A stretch of 64,000 bases of DNA. Origin: Utricularia gibba (lineage: Eukaryota > Plantae > Magnoliophyta). Both the position numbers and the translations under genes were made by a program. Position 1 is the stretch's first letter. The number at the start of each line of letters is the position of its first letter. Positions 1-12,599 of this stretch are shown here, one piece after another. The notes beneath the pieces were generated by a model. That model searched no databases, was not told the DNA's origin, and was given only the letters and a program-made list of their open reading frames with translations. The DNA lies in the NCBI GenBank assembly GCA_002189035.1, contig NEEC01000009.1, positions 1,984,001 through 2,048,000 of the forward strand, given 5' to 3'.

Positions 1-227
1 CTTCTCCAATATATATATATCTATTCTTTTTTACTCAGGGGATGGGCGGCCATGTGCTCTCCTCTGCTACCTACACCACACTCATCCAACTTGTTACCGT
101 GGTAAAAGTAAAACCAACTTTGCTCTCCCCCATTCCATCCTTTTTTCCGGCTACTGGGTGCCCCATTAATCTCATCTCAGACTTTGTACGTATTATGGGT
201 ATGAATGGATTCAAGATTCACATTTGG

Positions 228-664
228 CGTGTGAATGAATGATGGGAAGGAGGCTGGTTGGGGAGGGGGTGGGTGGGGTGGGGGAGGAGATCGGCCCACG
301 CCTTGAAACAAACAAAGCATATGTTGACACCTCAACGTGTCAATTTGACTGAGTTGTAAGTGCACTTAATAAGAGATGAGCTGTCTGTACAGAGTAGGGA
401 CTTTAACTCCAAGGAGAGAGAGGACGACGCCTTTTCTTTATGGCTCAAATGTCTCGGTTGCCAAGAGTTTTTGCATTCTCTCTCTCTCTCCCTCTTTTTG
501 TTTTCTTCGCTGTGCGCTTCTTAAAATAATTTTTTCTTTGTGAGGAAGACACATTTACATACATACTCTTTATGAGCTGCTGCTGCTTTGGGCCTATTAG
601 GTATCTATCTCTATGTGTCGCGCTCTGTCATTGATTTCATCAGGTCTATATAACCACCCGCACG
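228..664 (+). promoter_or_regulatory. CYP85A proximal promoter: TATA-like CTATATAA (646-653) and two BRRE-type motifs (CGTGTG 228-233; CGCACG = CGTGCG on - strand, 659-664)
   Basis: Motifs read directly. BZR1/BES1 bind CGTG(T/C)G and feedback-repress BR biosynthesis genes (established). Hexamers can occur by chance. Confidence 0.45.
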
Positions 665-747
665 AGCTCATGACTTGGCAGTACAACCAGAGCAAATCCA
701 CATACCTTTCAGAGATATATCCTGCTGAAGCTTCCTCCTTTTCTCCC

Positions 748-790
748 TTCTTCTTCTTCTTCATCATCATCATCTCCTTCTTCTTCTTCT
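748..790 (+). repeat. (CTT)n/(CAT)n microsatellite in the CYP85A 5' leader
   Basis: cttcttcttcttcttcatcatcatcatctccttcttcttcttct read directly. Confidence 0.8.
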
Positions 791-830
791 TACTCCTCCT
801 GTTGTTGAGTTGAGAGCTTCTGTGGAGGAG

Positions 831-3175
831 ATGGGTTTTCTGCTTGTTGTTGTTGGTGTGTTTTGGGGGCTCTGTTTCATGAGTATTGCTTTGCTCAGGT
901 GGAATGAAGTCAAGTACAGCAAGAAGGGGTTGCCTCCTGGAACCATGGGATGGCCGGTTTTCGGAGAAACCACCGAGTTCCTGAAACATGGTCCTGCATT
1001 CATGAAGACCCAGAGATCAAGGTATGCACGAAGAAACAAACACACCACAAAAATCACAACTTTTGCATGGTTTCTTATGATTCTTCCTCTCCAGGTTCGG
1101 GAGTTTCTTCAAATCCCATCTACTGGGATGCCCCACAATTGTTTCCATGGATCCAGACCTTAACAGATACATTCTTTTGAATGAATCCAAAGGGCTTGTG
1201 CCTGGGTATCCCCAATCCATGTTAGATATATTGGGGAAATGCAATATTGCAGCTGTTCATGGCTCTGCTCACAGATACATGAGAGGGGCTTTACTAGCTC
1301 TTATCAGTCCTACCATGATCAAAGATCGGCTGTTGCCAAAGATCGATGATTTCATGAGATCCCATTTGGAGAACTGGGATGGAAAGATTATAGACATTCA
1401 GCACAAGACAAAAGAGGTTCGAATAGAAAAGTCTACTAGATCTGTAATTCACCACATCTTGTTCTTCTTCCATCATCCTTATCTGTTTGTTTTGTTTCAG
1501 ATGGCTTTTCTCTCATCCTTGAGGCAAATCGCAACCGAAGAGGCCAGCTCCATAGCTGAAGCATTTATGCCCGAGTTTTTCAAGCTGGTTCTGGGAACTT
1601 TCTCGCTCCCCATCAACCTCCCAAAAACCAATTACAGGCGTGCCTTGCAGGTGAATCTCTTCTCTTTTCTTCTTTCCTGGTGCCCTTTTAAACAGGGAGA
1701 AACTTGGAGAATCACTCAGAAGTTTTATCACAGGCAAGGCAGAACATTACTTCTTTGCTGAGGAAACTACTGGAAGAAAGAAAAACGAAAGGAGTAAAAA
1801 AGAATGACATGCTCGGTTTTTTACTGGATGATGACAACAAATACAAGCTAAGCGATGAGGAAATGATTGATTTGATCATCACAATCTTATATTCTGGATA
1901 CGAGACGGTTTCAACAACATCTATGATGGCCATAAAGTATCTGCAAGACCACCCACAAGTACTTGAAGAACTGAGGGTAAGTCATTTTCTACACCATAAA
2001 GAAATAAGCAGAAAAAACAAGTTGTTTTTTGGGGTAGGTGTATATGCTGACTCGAGACCTTAAAATTTTCAGAAAGAGCACACGGCAATAAGAGAAAGAA
2101 AGAAGCCAGGGGAGCCTATTGATTACAATGACTACAAATCTATGCGCCTAACGCAAGCTGTGAGTCCAGACAACTTGCTCCCAAAAGATTTACTGAAGTA
2201 AAAAAACAAAAAAAAAGAAGATAAGAAAAGGGAAAACTTGGAGCCCTCCTGACGTTGGTTTCTGATGCCTTCATTTACAGGTCATATACGAGACATCAAG
2301 ACTTGCCACAATAGTAAATGGGGTGCTGAGAAAAACTACAGAGGATATGGAAATAAATGGTAAGGACAAGCTCTGTTTCTTGACCGTATGCATATCTTTT
2401 GCTCTCATTTAATGATTCATCTGCAAAGCAGAACTCTTGATTCAATTCCTCTCTAGTAGACGAGGACCTCAAATATGTTAGGAGCATCTACTTTTCGCAC
2501 TTTTCCTCTTCTACAAACGTTACCATGTTACACAGAATAGCAGATCTATATAAGAACAATCAAAGACTGCGAGATCACCTTTATGAATGGACCCTACCCC
2601 ATAATGATTCACATGGGAATATTTCATCCTACCCGAAGCCATTGGGTTCCTGACCCATCTCTTGTCTAGAAGAATTATTTTGTCTACCGTTTAGATTAAG
2701 GCATCTTATTGCAATTCAACAAACAAAATGTAAGCATCATCTAAGCGGCAAAAAAGCTGACCTGTTTTGCTGTCTCTTTCCAGGGTATGTGATTTCCAAA
2801 GGATGGAGGATATATGTTTACACGAGAGAGTTGAATTACGATCCATGCCTTTACCCAGATCCCTACACTTTTAACCCACGGAGATGGCTGGTGAGTGTCA
2901 CAAATCATCAATCACTAAAGATGTTCAAAATCTCAACGATCTTGTGCGTTTTTCTGCAGGAAAAAGGCCTCGAAAACCAACACCATGTTCTCATATTCGG
3001 GGGAGGAACAAGACAATGCCCGGGAAAGGAACTGGGGTTGGCCGAAATCTCACTATTTCTTCATTATTTTGTGACAAACTACAAATGGGAAGAAGTGGGT
3101 GGCGATAAGCTGTTGAAATTTCCCCGTGTTCATGCCCCTAACGGACTCCACATCAGAGTTTCCGCCGCCTCATGA
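831..3175 (+). CDS. CYP85A: Brassinosteroid C-6 oxidase, cytochrome P450 CYP85A (Dwarf/BR6ox-like), 8 exons, 464 aa
   Basis: GT-AG exons 831-1021, 1095-1416, 1501-1650, 1734-1976, 2073-2159, 2281-2359, 2784-2890 and 2960-3175 sum to 1395 nt in frame. N-terminal anchor plus LPPGTMGWP, I-helix YSGYETVST, heme motif FGGGTRQCPG, and C-terminus WEEVGGDKLLKFPRV.APNGLHIRV typical of CYP85A. Confidence 0.96.
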
Positions 3176-4255
3176 CCACTCCAAGAAGAAGGGTACAGGT
3201 GTACAGTACAGCGTGTATATAAGATTCGGAGGATTAGATATGAAGATCACCCATGTAGGTTTTTGCACCCAATACCAAGAACAGATTCGGCTAACTGAGA
3301 CATCAGAATTCCAACAAGTGAAAGAATTGACTTGTATCCCCCCATTTTTCACCTACTGCTGCTGCATTCTGCAAGAAGTGATGATGACAACCGACGGCAA
3401 AATGCTGCATTCTTCAATGTCCAATCCGACCCCATCACAGAATAACACCATACTGAAACACCCCCACAATACGATTTGTTCTTTCCTTCCACCCGTGAAA
3501 TTGATGGACTAGGTAGGCAATAAATACTTTCCTCGGTTTCCTTGACGCCAACCAGCCGATGCATGTGTTGGGATCATCGGAAAGAATTCTGCTACTTTCC
3601 CTACATACAGAAATATGACCCCTTTTTCCAGAACATAGAAAAAGTGTAATGTTCGAATCACATTAAGAGGGCTCCCTTCACATCCAACCCAATTCACGAT
3701 TGCAAGATGCATGTAACGCTTGTCATACTCATCATTTTACCTACCATTCCTAAAATAAACGATCCTTCTATACAGACATCACAGATGATAATGAGGCTCC
3801 CCCATAAAACAGATAAGGATCACGTCAGGAGGCAGCATCAGAGCCAAGTTCTATCATGTTCCAATATTTTTAATGGTTTTCAATTTTGATACGAAGGTAT
3901 TTCGGTCGTTTCGAGCTCCGACCCATTACCAACATAAATGATTTCAGCCTTCTTCAATCCAGAAGTGTTTAGTTGGCGGCTGCACTCCGGCAAGAAAACA
4001 TGGTATCAGCTTGTAGGAAAAAGGAAGTCGCAGCCTCCAATTTGGGCCAAGCTGAATTGGATCTATGCAATCTTATTGGTTAGGCCCAATCCATGCTGAT
4101 GTGGGCCACAGCGACTCACGGTTTGGATCCCGTTTTAAATCGAAATAAAAACGTATATATATATTTTTTTGAGGTTGTGGCGCAGCGCCCCGCCATGCTC
4201 CGCTCGGGGGCTGAGTTCCCTCCTCGTTCTTAACTTGAAACCTTAGTCGTCGTTG

Positions 4256-6300
4256 CTGTCCTTGTAGAGTCTTACCCTTCAAAAACCCGCCTTCTCAGGG
4301 AGCCTCAAGTCCCAAGAAATTGTGGTGGCGCGTGGCTAGGTCCTAGACATCCTCCGCCCCGAGGAAACGGTAAGCTCCAATGTCTTTTATCCGTTGCGAT
4401 ATTCAGCGTTATTCGATAATTGGTTCAGCCGGTTCACCGGGTCTCAGAAGGATTATGCATTGTCGTGGGGTCGGATTCTGGGGGAATTCTTATACTCGAT
4501 TACAATAAAGAAGGGAGCGGGTTTGATAAAACTCACCAGGAAACTTTTGTGAAAAGCAGAAGCTTGTTTATGTTTTGAATAGGGATACTTCCGCTCGCCT
4601 GACCATTTCGTCTCCACTGGATGCCCACAAGAGCCACACTATAGTTAATTCTATAGGTGGGGTGGATTGTGGTTTTGACAACCCTGTTTTTGCCGCCATA
4701 CAGCAGTCTGAGGCTGATTAGGATCCCACTGGCTAGGAATCAAATGAGGCTCAAAAGCAATTAAACTTTTACGAATTGGATTTTGGTCTCTGCCATGTTT
4801 CAAGGAAATGGTCAGATCAAGTTAATAACGGCGATAACTTGCTTGTGATTGTACCAGGTGGCGGAGATGGACCTTGTGGCGTGCTAGTTTGTGTCAAGAA
4901 CTTTGTTATTTATAAGAATCAGGGCATCAAGATTTGAGAGCAGTTATTCCAAAGCGTGAGGAGTTGCCTGCTGAACATGGTGTCTTGATTGTGTCCGAGT
5001 CTATGCTCAAGCAGACATCTATGTATGTCTTCCTCCTGCAAACGTAGTATGGTGATATTTTCAAGGTCACCTTGGATCATGACAATGAGAGAGTGGAGGA
5101 GTTGAATATTCAGTACTTTGATACTATTCCTGTGATATCTGCCATGTGTGTCGTGAAGCCAGGTTTCTTGTTTGCTGCGTCCGAGCTTGGTAATCATGCC
5201 TTGTACCAATTTCATCTCTCGGAAGTGATCTAGATGTTGAGGCGTCGTCATCTACACTTATGGAGACGTGAGAGTTCTGGATCCAAGAGCTGCACAGACT
5301 ACTTGCTCGCTGGAACTTCAGGATGATGGGGCGGCATTCATATATTCCGGTTTAAGGAAGATGGGAGGGTTCTTGAACTATTGCACAAGACTCAGGTGGA
5401 AGGTGTTCCCCTGGAATTGTGTCAATTCCAAGGCAAGCTGTTGGCAGGTATAGGATCTGTACTAAGTTGTATGATTTAAGAAAAAGGAGATTGCTGAGGA
5501 AGTGCGAGAACAAGCTTTTTCCAAACACAATCACGTCCATCCAGACGTACTGGGATCGCATTTATGTTAGTGACATGCAAGAGTTATTTTATAAGTTGGT
5601 GAGCAACTTAATCTGAAACCCCCTTTTAGATTCTTTCACATGGTTCCTTCTTATTCCCATACGCTTCTCACATGCATTTTCGTTTTTCTGACAGTCAGTC
5701 TCATTCCCTCTTCTGTTTTTTTCTCAGTCCTTCCATTACTGCAAGTATAGACGTGACGAAAATCAGTTATACATATTTGCGGATGACACTGTCGCAAGAT
5801 GGCTTACTGCAGCAAGCCACATCGAATTTTGACACAATGGCTGGGTCTGACAAGTTGGGAAATATCTACTTCGTTCATCTACCGAGATTGAAGAGGACAC
5901 CACCGGGGGCAAGATAAATGGGAACAGGGGAAGTTGAACAGGGCTCCCAACAAGGTGGAAGAGATTCTCCAGTTCCACGTTGGTGATGTTGATTCCCAGT
6001 GGGGGTGAAATGCCTCATCTACGCCACTGTCATGGCTAGTCTGGGAGCCTTTCTGCCTTTCACATCATGCGTCAAGAACACCCACCTTCATGTGGCAGAG
6101 ATCATATGTCCTATAGATCCTCATATTTCCCAGTGAAGGTCTGTCAAAACACCTCTTCAGCTAATGAAATGCCTGGGAAATCCGCAGGACATGATTGATG
6201 GAGACCTCTGCAAACACTTCCCACTTGACATGCAGCGCAAAATTGCAGATGAGCTACACAGTCTTACATTCACCCTTAGAAACTCAACGACCTCTCTCTG
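4256..6300 (+). pseudogene. SF3B3: Splicing factor 3B subunit 3 (SF3B3/SAP130) unprocessed pseudogene
   Basis: Collinear recognisable fragments: (ctg)SL*SLTLQK, SQEIVVARG*VLD, GSQKDY, IVVGSDSG, EAQKQLNFYELDFGLCHVSRKWS, VPGGGDGPCGVLVC, YFDTIPV...[107 protein letters not shown]. Start codon lost, in-frame stops, many frameshifts and large deletions. Intron-like segment at about 5584-5727. Confidence 0.93.
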
Positions 6301-7590
6301 AGGCTTGCATAGAATTTGAACTGGCGACAGAGCCGGTTGATTGCTGCAATCCCATTACACACACTGGTCTACAGTAGTGGAGATCTCCAAATCCCATACG
6401 CCCAAAATGCCAAAGTCAAACCATGCTTTGAGTTAGAAGGATGAGGATGATTTGTTCCCAAGTCCTGAAATTTCAACTGCTCAACGTGTCTGTTTAGGTT
6501 CAATTCTCAATGATTGCTTGCAAGTGATCCGTCCGCCTCTGGCTGGCTATGAGTGGATTAGGAACATGTCATGCTCCTTTCTTACAAGGACACTCATCCC
6601 CCTTATTATCTCTTCAATACAACCGTACCATGTTTACTCAACTTCACTATTTCATATTCACAATCAAAAATCAAGTCCATTTTGTCTTCAAATATATGTG
6701 TATTGATAATTATTGGAACACATGTTTTACGTACCCATCCTCTTATTCTCTTTCATACATGATCACTTTTTTCATACAGTTAAAAGAAATTACCATATTT
6801 TTAATAGATCCCAACATTGGTATTCACTAAACACGTGATTTGTAAAATATTTACGAAACGGCCATAAATGTATTTTACATGAATTCATTAAACAATTATA
6901 TATAATCTAAGAATATTTATTAAACACAATAAAATTTTAAATACACATTTCTAAAATTTATCTTTAAACATTTTTCAATTATAATTATAAAGGAAATATT
7001 TATTTATACATGCATAATTTAAATATAATTAATTTTCACCAATCCGAGGATAACCGAACTCAAGCTGTAGGAGTCTAACACTACTGTGCCATTTATTTAT
7101 TTATTTATTTTTGGCAAGGTTTTATTGTAAGAAAGGACGGAAAAAGAAAAATGTGGCATGGTGACCAATCGGCATCTGCTCACCCTTCCATCCACCACCA
7201 CGCGCATCTCCCTCCACGTGAACCTCAACGCTTCTTCAAAACTACCGCGCGTGTCACCCACGTCCCTCTTCTCTCACCGGAGTATCCCATCACCAGGAAA
7301 CACCACCAATCAATTGAAATAATAAGCTGAGCAGGAACGCTTCGACACAGCTTCCATCCCGAGCTCTCAACCCTAAAAAAAATCTCCGTTCCTTTTCCGC
7401 TTGTGATTACAAAAAGCTGGATATTTGTATGATCACAAAAAACAAGCAAAACATGGATCATCATCGTTCTATAAATGGGTTGCTTCGTTTCTTTTTTTAG
7501 GGTTTGAAGGGAGCTGCAGTTGGTGTTGGTGAAGTGGATCTGTGGGTGGAATCAAAAGGGAAACTTCAAAACTACGAGGAGATTCATATC

Positions 7591-9677
7591 ATGGGTAGAG
7601 GAAGGGTGGAGCTGAAGAGAATTGAGAATAAGATCAACAGACAAGTGACTTTTGCCAAGAGGAGAAATGGGCTTCTCAAGAAAGCTTACGAGCTTTCTGT
7701 GCTCTGTGATGCTGAAGTTGCTCTCATTATCTTCTCCAACCGCGGCAAACTCTATGAGTTTTGCAGCTCCCCAGAGTATTATCTCCTCATTCCAACTTTT
7801 AGGGTTCTTGATCTTGCTTCAACTTTGGTTGTATCTTTCTCCGAAATTTCTTCTTGTTCATGAAGATGCTCTAAAAAGCTAATCTTTTGTCTCGCAAGAA
7901 TCAGATTTCTCGCAGTCATCTAAGAACTAAAATTTTTTTGAAACGGTTGATTGTTCTCTGGTCTCAAAAAACTGTTTCCTTTAACCGGTTTGAAGCCTGA
8001 TCTGTCTTCTGTGCAAATATGTGTCTGCGTGTAAAAGTACGTGCCTCAGTATTTTACAGATCTTCTGGTAAGGTAGATTCCGTAACTGGAGCCCAGTTCT
8101 CTCTCAAGATCTTCCAAAGAAAATCTAGGGTTTATTGCTGTTTATTTGGTTAATAATATTTTATTGTTTTTGAACTGACATAAAGGATCTTGGCAGCTAA
8201 CTTGATATGACCTGTTTGTTTACCTTTTCATAACATGAATACCATATTTGTCAGATTTTTAAAGGTCCATTTTCTAAAATTGAATGCATACCTTCTACTG
8301 TCGCTAGTTCATTAATTGATCAATGGTTAATCACATTTTACACATTAATCAGTAGTAACAAAAACCATACATCATCTTCGTAACACATTTGGTTGGCTAA
8401 TGATTCATCTTATATGTGCTTATAGTATGATGAAGACCCTCGAAAGGTATCAAAAGTGCAGTTATGGATCATTAGAAGTTGGTAATCCGGGGAGGGAGTT
8501 TGAGGTAGTGTCTCACTCTCTTTTCCTTGTTCATCTGTATGCCAAAGATTTGATTTTGATGTGCGACAATGCTTGTGCCATTACTTTTTAAGACGAAATT
8601 TCTTCAGGGACTTTTTTTTTTCCATAGGTTTGTTGTGCTTGAATCTCTGGTTTTTTTTTTTTTTTTTTTTTTTTAAAAACTTATGAGTCTGATTGTGCTG
8701 CAGCAAAGCAGCTACAAGGAATACCTGAAACTTAAGGCCAGATATGAGGCGCTTCAGCAGTATCAGAGGTGTTTGTTTTGTCTCTGGTGTTCACTGGATA
8801 ATTCTATCTTCTTGATACAAGATTATGAACCACGAGACAGTTACTTCTTCATATTCTGCAGACAACTTCTAGGTGATGATCTGGGATCACTGAATCTTAA
8901 TGATCTTGAAGCCATTGAGCACCAGTTGGAGTCTTCTCTGGGCCTCATTAGGTCTACAAGGGTAAGCGAATCCCCCAGTTTAGCGATCACGCATTGAATG
9001 AAGAAATTTAACTTTTCCAATTCATATGCAGACACAGACCATGCTTGATCAACTTTCAGATCTCCAAACAAAGGTATTTATAATTGGCGTTAACTCCTCC
9101 TACCTGTGTAAGATAACATATGATTTGTTTCTGGTTCCATAGTGACAAAATGAAATAGTGAGAAGAGTATGCAAATATTCTTTTAACGTAATTCTTCTTC
9201 CTCCCTCGGATTCCTGTTGCATGGTCTAAATGCTAATGCTTTCTGCAGGAGAAACTGATGATGGATGCTAACAATGCTTTGGAAAGAAAGGTTGCTAGTT
9301 GATTTCTTTATGAATAAACTTTGTATCCCAAGTGTTCTTTTTATCTCTCTTTTTTTTTTCTGTGGTGGCAGTTGGAAGAAATTTATGCAGCCAGTCAGAT
9401 GCAGCAGCAAACATGGATTGCAGGGCAACAGTGTAACGCATTTGGTCACCAGCATCCTCATTCCCAGAGCTTCTTCCAGCCTCTTGATTGCAACTCCAGT
9501 CTCCAAATTGGGTACGAGATAAAAACTTTGCTACACAGGAATGATTGCTCGCAAATCTCTGAATGTTCATTGTATGTGGTTGTCAACAGGTGCGATGATC
9601 CAGTGACTTCCAGCCAGATGACAGGAGCATCTAATAGCCAGACTCTCAATGGATTACTTCCTGTTTGGATGCTCTGA
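7591..9677 (+). CDS. SEP1: SEPALLATA (SEP1/2, LOFSEP-like) MIKC MADS-box transcription factor, 8 exons, 246 aa
   Basis: Exons 7591-7775, 8426-8504, 8704-8768, 8862-8961, 9032-9073, 9249-9290, 9372-9511 and 9590-9677 (741 nt in frame). MADS box [50 protein letters not shown]-box, SEP-I motif [14 protein letters not shown] and C-terminal PVWML. The paralog assignment within the SEP clade is tentative. Confidence 0.93.
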
Positions 9678-9968
9678 AAACTTCCAGAGACAACAACGTC
9701 CGACATAATCTATATCTGTTGTATGTGTATGGCATGAAGGATTCTGCTTCAGAAAGTTCATAAATAAAGGATGTTCTCTAGTTGTATGAATATCTTTCTG
9801 AAGCATTTGAAACTCCAGTCATTTTCATTTCGAGGACAGGTTGGTCTTCATCAAACTGTGAGCTCATGTCTTTGTCTGAATAAGGGAATTAAAGTTCCTA
9901 ATCTAGATACAGAGACACTATATCATTATACAACAACTACACAGAGATTGCCTAGAGATACAATATAA

Positions 9969-12563
9969 CTAAAACAGAATCACTCCATCTTCCAAGGAAG
10001 AGAATATTTCGCCACCATTCAGTGAATGCTCCCTGCAAAGGTGATGAATGCAGTTTAGCTTGATGGTTGTTATGCCTTCCCTGGTTGGAAAAGGGCCGTT
10101 CCAATCCTCATGTTAATGGGGTTACCTGAATCTTTCACATAGTCGGGCTAACGCATCTGATCCAGTCCTTGAAGCAATATCTTCAATCTGCAAGGCATTA
10201 GACATGTTTATGTTGTTGGCCAGCACAAACTCGCACAGCTCCTTCAGTGAGCATGCATCAGTCAACACGGCTGAATGGCCACCGCCTGCAGCTAATTTCT
10301 GTACCTCCCCGACACACCTATTTGCATGAAATTCCAATGATCAACTGCAATCCCTAGGAATGGATTTTACACGTCTTTCTTACCAATCAACCGGAGAAGG
10401 ATACCAAGCATATGTACACTTCCCGTTAGCAGCCTGTCCATAACAGTTATAGCCCCATCCATATATTCTTCCTTCCCTAGTGTAAATAAGTGTGTGGGAA
10501 TGGCCACAGCAAATGAGCTCCACACCACTGGGAATGACTTGGACTGGAATGTTCCGAAGCATCGCCACTGAGGTGTTTGGGGTGCAGGAAAAAAAGTCTG
10601 CATTTGGCCCCAAACCTAACTGCCCGACCTGGCCTCCACCCCAAGCATACAAGGACCCTTTGTTTGTCAAGGCGCAAGTATGAACACCACCACAATCGAC
10701 ATCCTTGATGACTACCCCATCTAGAGCTGCAACCCGCCTAGGCAAGAGTTCCTTGTCGCCACACTGGAGATAACAGTGGCCAAGTTGGCCCATGCTACCA
10801 AGTCCCCAAGTATAGCTGCAAAGTAAAGCATCACAGGATTTAAACCAACATACATATTTTTCTAGTAACATAGTTAAGCGAGTTAAATTACATAAATCGC
10901 ATAATTATCTTCATTTGACTAGAAGGAATAGAAAAACTATGCATCAGAACAAAGTAACGTCTCGAATTCTCAGGCTCTGCTAATACTGCACGAGATTTCT
11001 TATAGCCAGGTCCATGTGGATAACCTTGGATCTCTTTTCCTAACAGAACAACACACTTACAGCTCACCACATTCCGATATGGCAGCAGAATGATACTCTC
11101 CACATGAAACTTTGATGATTTTCACAACCTCAGGGGCCTCATCAAGGAACCTAGCATATCCATTAATTATACGAGCCCCCTGAAGACCTTCACAGGTAAT
11201 ACCTCTGCCAAGTTGACCATATTCATTATAACCTGATTTGGCAGATCAATTGGCAAAAACCTTATCATTAGATGACGTAACAGTTTTGTTTAGTGTATTT
11301 CCAATATTTCTTCTAAGACAATCTATTTCAAAGATTTAACAACCATATGCCCTTCAAGGCAAATATATAAAAAAGGAGACGATATAGTGAATCCTGGGGT
11401 TTGAAGTTTAGCAATGTTTTGTAGAAATTACCCAAGCTTGCAGCCTTCCATCTTCTGAAAGAGCAACAACATGAACAGCACCACATGCAACTTGGCGAAT
11501 GACCTAGAAAATACCACATACTTAAGCATCAGTTTTTGTAAACTGCTGATAATCAGAAAATACTCCACATGCCATAATCACGGGGCCAGCATGGAAGCAT
11601 GCATCAAAAAAATTCTTTCGGATACCATTATAAAATATGGATTAAGGAATGAATATGTCAAAAATGTATCTGTACGAGTCAATTGAAAACGATACCGTAT
11701 CTGCACTAAATGCTCCCCAGAATAGACGCGGAATATTAGAGCCCTACATGAGCAAACAACAAAAATTAATTGAGGGACTTGGAATACAGTTACGTGATCT
11801 TGGAGTTTCCACTGCAATGGAATTAATCTAATGCTATGATGATGTAGATAAAGGGAAAAAACCTCTTATCAGGATATGTGCATCTAAAAAAGCCATGTTT
11901 CTGTTCTAAACGAACCTGATTCTGTCCCCAGATCCACAGTCTCTTTGTTGATAAAGATCCATCATTTTCACGGGGCTGAGCAATAGCGGCAGTGCAATGT
12001 GCGCCGCAAGCTACCGAGATCACGAATTCAGACTGCAAACATGTGACCTTTGTGGGATTCTTTCTGCTTTCTTCAGTGCCATCACCCAGTTGCCCATAAT
12101 CGTTGCACCCTGTATCAACCCCATCAAGGACCAAAACGTAACATAAAAAAGGACTTCCATGCAACTTATGGTTTCAAATCAACCATTCAACTGAAGCAAG
12201 TTCTCCAATTTGACATAAAAAATAATCAAGAGCAATTACATACAAACCCTGCACCATATTATTCAGATGTTTCGAAGATCTGAAGTCGCGAAAAAAAACA
12301 GACGTACCCCATGTGAACAATGACCCATTGGACGCCACGGCAGCGGTGTGTTCATGCCCACAAGCGATATCAAGCCAGCGTAGATTGGGGCTACCTTCTG
12401 GGCATCCAAATAGTTCCAAAGGCAGGTGCCGTGGTATCCGCAAATCCCGTTCTTTCCCCTTCCGACCCGTTTGACCAGACTGGTTGTACCCCCATGCGTA
12501 TATCACGCTCTTATTGGGAACTTTGGGTCTCTTCGTTTCTCCCAATATCTTGGCAATCTCCAT
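9969..12563 (-). CDS. RCC1-repeat (UVR8-like fold) family protein, multi-exon
   Basis: Repeats YAWGYNQSGQTG, IACGHEHTAAV, GCNDYGQLGDG, YTWGLGSMGQLG, YAWGGGQVGQLGLG, YGWGYNCYGQAANG, LAAGGGHSAVLT. Start MEIAKILGE at 12563; last exon ends LEDGVILF* at 9969. Internal exon borders not all resolved. Confidence 0.88.
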
Positions 12564-12599
12564 CTCTTGATACAATACAATCTGTTACCTACGTCGCCG

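Noticed and set aside
613-813. Upstream ORF before CYP85A (ATG at 670)
   Set aside because: The ATG lies about 20 nt after the TATA box, probably upstream of the TSS, and the ORF is mostly microsatellite.
3126-4000. Short ORFs and exon-like pieces between CYP85A and the SF3B3 pseudogene
   Set aside because: No recognisable domain and no consistent splice chain; likely 3' UTR or spacer.
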